A DNA stretch of 64,000 bases from NCBI RefSeq assembly GCF_017549005.1, contig NZ_JAFYYT010000029.1:266-64265 (forward strand). Reading direction: 5' to 3'. Positions 11,303 to 18,360 of this stretch are shown here, piece by piece; position 1 is the stretch's first letter; the number at the start of each line of letters is the position of its first letter. The notes below the pieces were generated by a model that had not been told where the DNA came from, made no database searches, and worked only from the letters and a program-made list of their open reading frames with translations. The translations under genes were made by a program, and so were the position numbers. This stretch comes from Ruminococcus sp. (GTDB lineage: Bacteria; Bacillota; Clostridia; Oscillospirales; Ruminococcaceae).

Positions 11303-12352
11303 TCATTGCAGTTCACAGTGAATATAATTGGCCGCATCATTAGTTCCGGTATACGGGATATTCGCCTTCTTCTTGTACAGCTGCAGCTCATATCGGCTTT
11401 TACTGTTCGTAGAATTGACCACAATGGTTACCTTCTTCCAGCTATCATATGTTCCACCGCTTATGACAACAGGAATAGTGACATTATTGTAAAATGTCAC
11501 TCCGGACAGACTGCTGTTGAAGAAAAAATCATCAATATCAAAATAAACAGGATTCCACATAATGTCCAGGTTGCCGCTTCCGCTTCCTGAAATAACATAA
11601 TTGTAAAAATCATAATCTGTTGTTGCTGTATTTTGCTCAGCAAGAGTTCCGGACCATGCCGCTGTGACAACGACATTCTTTGAACCATAGAGATTTGTGC
11701 GAATCGTCCTAAGTCCGTTATCAGTAGGCACAGCCTCAACATGGACATAAAACCTGGGATTCGTTTCGTTAAAATCCCTTTCCGGAATAATCACCTTATA
11801 TTTGTCGGTAGACACTGAGCCGCCGGGAAGGGTTTCATAATTTGACGAATTACCAAAAGCCACTTCAAACCCGTTTGATGCAGAAAACTCTGTCATTGCC
11901 GGAGTTGATATAATGCCTGTTGTATTATTATCCTGACTCTTGCCAATATAGTATCCGGTTGCTTCTGCTACAATTGCGTTATATTCATCTGCATCATTAA
12001 GAGCCGTCGCAAGATCACTGAATGACATTATAGTACCATTGTGCTTCACATAAAGCTGCGCTGTCAGCGTATACTGAATTTCCGATGGGTTTGGAGTTCC
12101 CGGTGAATTCACATCAAAATTGTTGACATTAACATTATACTCATGTGCCGGCATTCTTCTTTCATAAAGATCCGCATACATACAGTTGGAAGAGAACAAT
12201 TCCCTTGGAGCTGATTTAGTTGTAACAACACGCTTTACCGAAGATACCTCAGTATAGATAGCATAGGTCACGAAAGTTCCAAGAATAGCCAATACGGCAA
12301 CAAGCCAGACCGTTATCCAGTGCTTTTTCAGTTTTCTTAAAACATCTTTCAT
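11303..12352 (-). CDS. Putative minor fibre subunit with SipW/TasA-like N-terminal signal motif (P4)
   Basis: 349-aa ORF with AAAGGAGG upstream. N-terminus: KKHWITVWLVAVLAILGTFVTYAIYTEVSS, a degenerate form of the YAWFT motif of the three upstream genes. Lies in the same operon. Confidence 0.7.
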   Translation of the reverse strand: MKDVLRKLKKHWITVWLVAVLAILGTFVTYAIYTEVSSVKRVVTTKSAPRELFSSNCMYADLYERRMPAHEYNVNVNNFDVNSPGTPNPSEIQYTLTAQLYVKHNGTIMSFSDLATALNDADEYNAIVAEATGYYIGKSQDNNTTGIISTPAMTEFSASNGFEVAFGNSSNYETLPGGSVSTDKYKVIIPERDFNETNPRFYVHVEAVPTDNGLRTIRTNLYGSKNVVVTAAWSGTLAEQNTATTDYDFYNYVISGSGSGNLDIMWNPVYFDIDDFFFNSSLSGVTFYNNVTIPVVISGGTYDSWKKVTIVVNSTNSKSRYELQLYKKKANIPYTGTNDAANYIHCELQ

Positions 12353-12447
12353 CCCCTGCTCCGCCTCCTTTCGGTAATTTCCGGTAATAATTCAACAATA
12401 GTTCTTATTATAATAAAATATCAAAATAAACTTCTGCAAAAGCTATT

Positions 12448-13278
12448 TCAGTTTCCTGACCATCTGCTTGCTGTCAGGTAAATCATATCTGTTTCTTTTT
12501 TATTGTCAGCCGTATTCCATTCTGAAAAGCCTTCTTTTTCTGCTGCAGTTTCGTCAAAACTAATCTCCAGAATATAATAATCGTGATCACTGGTTGAATC
12601 ATATGTTATTCTTCCGCTCTGTTCATAAATCGGAACGGCATAGATTTCAGGATCATCATCATAATCATATGTATCGTTATAATAGCTGCCGCTTCCAAGC
12701 GCTATCTGTCTTCCATAATTGGATCTTGAATTCTGATCGGAATTCTTTGATGTTAGAGGGATCTGATTCTCCAAGGTGTAATAGAAAGTATATGTGCTTT
12801 CTCCCTGTACTTTCAGCGGTTCAGATATGTATGTTACATATTGTCCTCCCTGAACACTTGTATGTTCCTTAGCTCTGTAAATCTTATAAATGAACGGAAT
12901 ATTCGTGGTGTGTGCAAGCTGAATTTGGTAAGGGATCTTATAATCACCTGCACTTACGCTAAACACGACCCTATGCGGAGTTCCCGATTGAATACTTTCA
13001 ATATCGATATCATTCAAGCTGAAATACTGAACGGCATCATAATGTCCCGCACGAATATCCAGATTATTCGGTTCTTCGATCTTTGTAAAGGCTTCAAGCT
13101 TTCCGCCAAGTGCAAACCACGCATAAACAGGCAGTGCGATCATCAGGATCAATGTGAATACAGAAGCGATTATCGCCTGCACTTTTTTAGCTGTACTCAG
13201 TTTGGAGAACATATTTTTCAGCCTTTTTAGCACATTGGACTCTTTTATATCTTTAGTTTCATTCTGCAGCTCGTTCAT
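12448..13278 (-). CDS. Putative minor fibre subunit with SipW/TasA-like N-terminal signal motif (P3)
   Basis: 276-aa ORF. Its start ATG overlaps the stop of the upstream gene (TAATG, 1-nt overlap at 13278). N-terminal TM segment ends ...LMIALPVYAWFALGGKLE. Confidence 0.75.
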   Translation of the reverse strand: MNELQNETKDIKESNVLKRLKNMFSKLSTAKKVQAIIASVFTLILMIALPVYAWFALGGKLEAFTKIEEPNNLDIRAGHYDAVQYFSLNDIDIESIQSGTPHRVVFSVSAGDYKIPYQIQLAHTTNIPFIYKIYRAKEHTSVQGGQYVTYISEPLKVQGESTYTFYYTLENQIPLTSKNSDQNSRSNYGRQIALGSGSYYNDTYDYDDDPEIYAVPIYEQSGRITYDSTSDHDYYILEISFDETAAEKEGFSEWNTADNKKETDMIYLTASRWSGN

Positions 13279-14318
13279 TATGGACCACCTCCCACGGCAG
13301 TTCCTTCAGTAACTGAAAGCTTTATCAACAGATAGTGCACACGCATTCCTATTTCATTATCTCCCTGATCGTACATATCGCCATAGGAGATATAGTGTTC
13401 TCCTATAGTTCCAACATCAACGGTATCGTCTGGACTTATTCCCTTAAGATAGTACTGAGGGAAGTGTTCGATATTATCGGTAATTGCAGTATAAGAATCG
13501 CAACCGTATGAATCATCATCATGACAAAACGGTATAGTGGTGACCCCCGAAGCACTGGCATTCACAAAAGTGCTCAAAGTATTCGGCCAGACCCAGTAGA
13601 TATTAATAGGGGTAGCTGTATTCTTGCCTGTTACAGTTCTGGTCATGATCCTGTGCATATCTTCATCTGAACAGATCGGTGTCGAGTATGTTACTGTAGT
13701 AACACCATTTTCTGTGACCTCATCTCTGTGCTCAAAAAAAAGAATATGTCCGTTAAGGAGGTTTTGTGCTGTAGTGCCGTCACCGCCGTCCAGTTGAGAG
13801 AGCGGAGTCATTGCGAGTTCATCATCCGTATGATCTGTCGGAGTATTATTCACATCATTATATAATGCCTGATATCCGATTAATTCAAAATCAAATTTAA
13901 GATCAACGCTGTCCTTTTTCGGGATCACATTAAACGAAATAACGCCTTCAGTATTGGGATGAAGTCCCTCGTCACCGGGATGATCGTCATCAACATACTC
14001 GTTATAATTAATCAGATTATTGGTCGAAGTCATTTGCCAGTACAGAGCTTCTTCTTCGTGAACCGCAATATGATACGGGTTTTTAAAAATGCCGTCCCTG
14101 CTTCCGGAAAGCATTGTCACTTCAAAGTTCTGTCCGCCGACCTTCACCCCCATACCAGATCCCCCGACGTTCTTATTCATGGTAAACCATGCAACAGAGC
14201 TAAACACCCATACAATAAAGGCGAGTATCATAACGACGCCGATCTTGAAAAGGGAGTTGCGTCGTTTTCTGATTAGCTCATTATTAGGTGGGCTTTGACC
14301 GCTATTCAATTTTTTCAA
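13278..14318 (-). CDS. Putative fibre subunit with SipW/TasA-like N-terminal signal motif (P2)
   Basis: The ORF track starts at 14366, but GGAGGTGAGGCG-TTG places a strong RBS 5 nt before the TTG at 14318, giving (M)KKLNSGQ... N-terminus: ...AFIVWVFSSVAWFTMNKNV, which shares the heptapeptide AWFTMNK with P1. Confidence 0.75.
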   Translation of the reverse strand: MKKLNSGQSPPNNELIRKRRNSLFKIGVVMILAFIVWVFSSVAWFTMNKNVGGSGMGVKVGGQNFEVTMLSGSRDGIFKNPYHIAVHEEEALYWQMTSTNNLINYNEYVDDDHPGDEGLHPNTEGVISFNVIPKKDSVDLKFDFELIGYQALYNDVNNTPTDHTDDELAMTPLSQLDGGDGTTAQNLLNGHILFFEHRDEVTENGVTTVTYSTPICSDEDMHRIMTRTVTGKNTATPINIYWVWPNTLSTFVNASASGVTTIPFCHDDDSYGCDSYTAITDNIEHFPQYYLKGISPDDTVDVGTIGEHYISYGDMYDQGDNEIGMRVHYLLIKLSVTEGTAVGGGP

Positions 14319-14555
14319 ACGCCTCACCTCCGTATGGCAATTCAGCTCAAAAAGTGGAACGCGCAAAGAGACCTCTTCGGACGGAGCCCGGAACAGAGTG
14401 ATGCTCCGAGCAGTCCGAAGCTATGATGACGTACCTTTAACAGAACCGACTGTCTGTGCACAGGGTGAACTGAGGGCACATTACCACAAAAAGGAAACCG
14501 AAAGATTTTTGCGCGCAAATACTCAATGTAAAAATCTCACATCTTTTCAATATAT

Positions 14556-14584
14556 ATTATAACATAAGATGAAATGAATTTCAA
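14556..14584 (-). promoter_or_regulatory. Internal sigma-A-type promoter for P2-P5
   Basis: Minus strand reads TTGAAA (14584-14579), a 17-nt spacer, then TATAAT (14561-14556). It lies downstream of the P1 terminator and about 230 nt upstream of the P2 start. Confidence 0.5.
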
Positions 14585-14660
14585 GCATTTTCACTGAAAA
14601 TTCGCAATTTATCCACAATAAACTATTAGTATTATCCACTATAAAAATAACATATAGGTA

Positions 14661-14693
14661 TTAAAAAGTAATCCCCTCCCGAATGGGGAGGGG
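14661..14693 (-). terminator. Intrinsic terminator/attenuator after the major-subunit gene
   Basis: Perfect 8-bp G+C stem CCCCTCCC / GGGAGGGG (14673-14680 and 14686-14693) with a 5-nt loop. On the minus strand it is followed by ATTACTTTTTAA. Confidence 0.6.
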
Positions 14694-14879
14694 AAACTTC
14701 TTAGGAGGTTAACAACCTATGATGAAACTCTATCATGAATCTCTCATGCCATCGCCTTTTTGAGTTCATTATCATTTTAAGGTTTAAACCGTCCTATATT
14801 GGAGGAAGATTTATAGAGAGGGAGTGATTTTTATTAATTATGCGCCTGTATTCAGTAATTAGCAATTAGTGAGTAGTGA

Positions 14880-16046
14880 TTAAGCACCACCGCCGCCGCC
14901 ATTGCCTTGCTGCTGAGCAGCTGTTGTAACAACATCTATCGGATTAGCAACAGCAGTCTGTGTCGGAGTCTTTGTTGCATCCCAAGCATTTGAGCTAATC
15001 TCAGTAACAGCATTCAAACCAGTTACAGGCGGATTTGCACTAGGATCATCTGCATCTGTTCCGTTCACAAGTTTAAAATCTAGGTCAAGTTTCCACTGAC
15101 CACTTTCTAATGCTGCATATGTAGCTGAATTACAAGTCGTATCTTCGCCTTCAAGCCATACTCTAACAAGAACCTTATAATATCCTGTTTCTCCAGCATT
15201 AATTGTATCAATCAAGCCAGAGCCAGTTGTAATAGTGCTCTTAGTTGAAGCAGTAGCTACTGCTCCGCCGGTAAAGTAATCTGCACCATTTAATGCTAAT
15301 ATCGCCTTTGCAGTTTCAGTCTGAGCAGCAGGATCAAGTTGACCAACAGCAGCTCCATCGCCTGAATTTCCAATACCAGCCTGTTCAGCTGTCAATTCCT
15401 TAGCAAAGAGAGCAACTCTCCAAGCCTTATCGCCTGTGCCTAAACCGCCATATGATAATGTCTCAGCAGTATTATCTCCAGCATAGTCAAGATCACATCT
15501 TGTCATTCTGATCTGCTGTCCAGCAGCTGTTCCCGTCGCCTTTAAGTAGAATACATAATCAACATATCCATATGCAGTGCCGAAATCTTCTGAATTTGGA
15601 TCAACACCATAAGCACTATTAAATTTGCTATCAAAGAAGTATTTACCAGCTGCTGAGGCTGTTGCATTTGTATTTGTTGCTTCAACATATGGAACATAAG
15701 CTTCAGTTACAGTATCATGCGCTTTGCTACCGTTTTCAGCTGCATCTAATGTGTAGAAGAACTTGCCTGTCTGCGCTGTAACAGATGATACAGGCTCCAA
15801 TAAAGCCTTGCGTCCTTCTATAAGGGTATCTGCCTTGTAAGAACCTTCCGCATTGTTTGAAGAAATCAAAAGGTTTGAGCTAACCTTTGTACGCATTGCA
15901 AGTCCATTTACCTGAACTTCCTTATTCATTGTGAACCACGCATAGGTGGAGGTTCCGAGCATTGAAGCAGAAACCGCAAGCATCATAGCAGCCGGTAAAA
16001 GCTTCTTAGCTGTATTACCTTTTTTCTTGTTATTAGTTTTCATCAT
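14880..16046 (-). CDS. Putative major fibre subunit, TasA/camelysin-like SipW-type signal (P1)
   Basis: 388-aa ORF with AAAGGAAAA RBS. N-terminus: KKKGNTAKKLLPAAMMLAVSASMLGTSTYAWFTMNKEVQVNGLAMRTKV, which resembles the SipW-cognate signal class (...GT.AYFTD). It is the first gene behind a consensus promoter and has its own terminator, as expected for a high-copy subunit. Confidence 0.8.
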   Translation of the reverse strand: MMKTNNKKKGNTAKKLLPAAMMLAVSASMLGTSTYAWFTMNKEVQVNGLAMRTKVSSNLLISSNNAEGSYKADTLIEGRKALLEPVSSVTAQTGKFFYTLDAAENGSKAHDTVTEAYVPYVEATNTNATASAAGKYFFDSKFNSAYGVDPNSEDFGTAYGYVDYVFYLKATGTAAGQQIRMTRCDLDYAGDNTAETLSYGGLGTGDKAWRVALFAKELTAEQAGIGNSGDGAAVGQLDPAAQTETAKAILALNGADYFTGGAVATASTKSTITTGSGLIDTINAGETGYYKVLVRVWLEGEDTTCNSATYAALESGQWKLDLDFKLVNGTDADDPSANPPVTGLNAVTEISSNAWDATKTPTQTAVANPIDVVTTAAQQQGNGGGGGA

Positions 16047-16142
16047 AAGTCATTTTCCTTTCATAATAAATTTCCCGTGGAAATCGGCTCCGCGGCTGCC
16101 TCCAGTTTGTGTGTTTGCGTTATACTTTTTGTTTACAATCAT

Positions 16143-16171
16143 ATTATAACTTGTTTTAATGGAAATGTCAA
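16143..16171 (-). promoter_or_regulatory. Consensus sigma-A promoter of the fibre operon
   Basis: Minus strand reads TTGACA (16171-16166), a 17-nt spacer, then TATAAT (16148-16143). This is about 95 nt upstream of the P1 start. Confidence 0.65.
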
Positions 16172-16389
16172 TATCATGGGGAAAAGTTCATATTTTCTCA
16201 AAACATTTCAGCGTTTTACACAAAGAGCAGTACTTCCAATGTACTTTTGCACCAAGCGGATAATTACTAACTGTATACAAAATTTCCGATATTCACAACA
16301 GTAAACATCGTTAAATAATATGTCCTACCACTTTGGTACGACCTTTCTTTTCCAAATCTTAATAATTCATAAATTTTCTCATTTTCTCA

Positions 16390-16418
16390 TTGCAATTTTA
16401 TTATTAATGTGTTATACT
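16390..16418 (+). promoter_or_regulatory. Promoter of the EAL gene, divergent from the fibre operon
   Basis: TTGCAA (16390-16395), a 17-nt spacer, then TATACT (16413-16418), with TGt immediately upstream (extended -10). Confidence 0.5.
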
Positions 16419-16491
16419 CTTATATGTAAACAGGGTTTTTACTCGATTTTTGCGATTTGACCCGTTTTTCGGGTAGTAAAGGGGTGTGGAT

Positions 16492-18138
16492 ATGCTGCAC
16501 ATAGATGAACAGTTTATTGTAGACAACTTTGATGACGCGCTTGCAAACGGTGCTATCCGTGCCTATTATCAGCCCGTTATCCGGACCTTGACCGAAAAAA
16601 TATGCAGTGTCGAAGCTCTTGCGCGCTGGCAGGATCCCGTTATGGGTCTCCTCTCGCCTTTCCTATTTATTAATGTACTGGAAAAGTACCGCCTTATCCA
16701 CAAGCTCGACCTGTATATCCTCGAAAACATATGCATTACTTATAATGAAATGAAAGAAAATGGGCTCCCGCTCCACCCGTTTTCAATAAATCTCTCCCGT
16801 CTTGATTTCGACGAGATAGATATGCTGAAAGCCATTTCCGATATCCTCAGGAAGTACAATGTTCCCTCAAAGGCTATACATATAGAGATAACCGAGAGCG
16901 TAATGCTTGATAACACAGCTTATTTCCGACGTATATTCGACAGTTTCCACGACGCAGGCTTTGCGATATTCATGGACGACTTCGGCAGCGGCTACTCCTC
17001 TTTAAATGTATTGAAGGACTACAGCTTCGACGTGCTGAAGATCGATATGCGTTTCCTCAGCGATATCGGCTCGCGCTCGAAGAAGATACTTGCTTCCGTA
17101 GTCAACATGGCAAAGGCTATCGGAATACATACTCTCGCCGAGGGCGTTGAAACAAAGGAGCAGAAGACCTTCCTGCGTAATATCGGCTGTGAAATGCTCC
17201 AGGGCTACTACTACGCCAAGCCTATGGACGGAGCTCTCTATGTGGAGTACCTCTCCGAGACAGGTTTCCAGGTCGAGGACCCCGACGAGCACCACTACTG
17301 GAACGAAGTCGGACAGATCAACTTTCTCAGTCCCGACCCGCTCAATGAAAACGACTATACCGAAGCCGAGAACGGTGATTACGGCTTTGTCCGTGAGAAC
17401 TCCGCACCTCTCGCTCTTATCGAGCAGTCGGATCATCATGTGGAAATGCTCTACCGCAATCAGGCATATGAGACAAACCTGCAAAAGCTGGGCTTTGCTT
17501 CCTCAAAGGAAATGATAAAAGCCATAAACGAGACCGAAGCCGCCTATTATCCGAACATGGACGAACAAGTGAAGTCTTCGATCATAACAGGCAACGTAGT
17601 CAAGGAGGACCACTTCCTCAACGGTATATATTTCACATATTTTACCAAGTGCATAGCCCAGACCGACAGCAAGGTAATGCTCGCCGCAAGCATACAGACC
17701 TACGGCAGCGATGTGGATATGTCCACGAACGAGATGTTCGACACCTACAGCCGCGCTCTCATTGATACCTTTGACCATATAACCATTATGGACCCCGAAA
17801 GGAACCGCGTAACGGCACGAGTCTACTCAAAGCAGGGCTACTCCCCTGATTATTCCAATATGCCCCTTATCGAGTCCATAAACCGATTTGCCGCCGATGA
17901 AGTTGCGGAAGAGGAAAGACTCGCTTTCCTTGATTTCATTGATCCGCCGACTCTGCGCGACAGAATGGCAAAGATCAGCAGCAGGTACCTGCAGGGTACT
18001 TTCAGGGTAAAATGCGCTGACGGCACTTTCAAGCCCAAGGTCATACGTATAACCAAGCTTTACCTTGACCTTGACGTTAAGGGTTCACGGGAGCTGTTCA
18101 TGCTGACAATGCAGAGTATTTCGGACAGCGGCAATTAA
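16492..18138 (+). CDS. EAL-domain c-di-GMP phosphodiesterase with an uncharacterised ~290-aa C-terminal domain
   Basis: Motifs YYQPV, SVEALARW, FSINLS, EITES, DDFGSGYSSL, KIDMRF, AEGVETKEQ and QGYYYAKP, so all canonical EAL catalytic positions are present. No GGDEF domain. AAAGGGG lies 8 nt before the ATG at 16492; the ORF track starts at GTG 16486. Confidence 0.85.
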   Translation: MLHIDEQFIVDNFDDALANGAIRAYYQPVIRTLTEKICSVEALARWQDPVMGLLSPFLFINVLEKYRLIHKLDLYILENICITYNEMKENGLPLHPFSINLSRLDFDEIDMLKAISDILRKYNVPSKAIHIEITESVMLDNTAYFRRIFDSFHDAGFAIFMDDFGSGYSSLNVLKDYSFDVLKIDMRFLSDIGSRSKKILASVVNMAKAIGIHTLAEGVETKEQKTFLRNIGCEMLQGYYYAKPMDGALYVEYLSETGFQVEDPDEHHYWNEVGQINFLSPDPLNENDYTEAENGDYGFVRENSAPLALIEQSDHHVEMLYRNQAYETNLQKLGFASSKEMIKAINETEAAYYPNMDEQVKSSIITGNVVKEDHFLNGIYFTYFTKCIAQTDSKVMLAASIQTYGSDVDMSTNEMFDTYSRALIDTFDHITIMDPERNRVTARVYSKQGYSPDYSNMPLIESINRFAADEVAEEERLAFLDFIDPPTLRDRMAKISSRYLQGTFRVKCADGTFKPKVIRITKLYLDLDVKGSRELFMLTMQSISDSGN

Positions 18139-18164
18139 AATTAAAGTTTTTACACACTTAAAAA

Positions 18165-18195
18165 ATAGCATAAGCATTAGCTTGTGCTATTTTTA
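18165..18195 (+). terminator. Intrinsic terminator
   Basis: ATAGCATAAGC-ATTA-GCTTGTGCTAT hairpin followed by TTTT. Confidence 0.55.
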
Positions 18196-18360
18196 TTATA
18201 CATGATATCATATTTTAATTATATACTTTTTAGCTGAAAATCGGTTTGAACAAACACTGAATTTAAGATAAGTTTAAGATTATTTTAAGCTTTGTTCATT
18301 ATTATGTAAGTATCATATAGCGACAATCTCATTATCTGTATTATAGGAGGAATGATTAAA

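Noticed and set aside
14440-14520. Plus-strand motifs reminiscent of the c-di-GMP-I (GEMM) riboswitch: GCACAGGGTGAAC and GCGCGCAAA, next to an EAL-linked operon
   Set aside because: The motifs lie on the strand opposite to the genes they would have to control. I could not build the two-hairpin GNRA tetraloop/receptor architecture or the conserved ACGCAAAGCC junction. Only an Infernal scan with RF01051/RF01786 could revive this idea.
14719-14763. 14-codon plus-strand mini-ORF (MMKLYHESLMPSPF) preceded by a strong GGAGG
   Set aside because: It lies in the 3' UTR antisense to the fibre operon. The GGAGG overlaps the flank of the terminator stem. At 14 codons with no supporting context, it cannot be supported as a gene.
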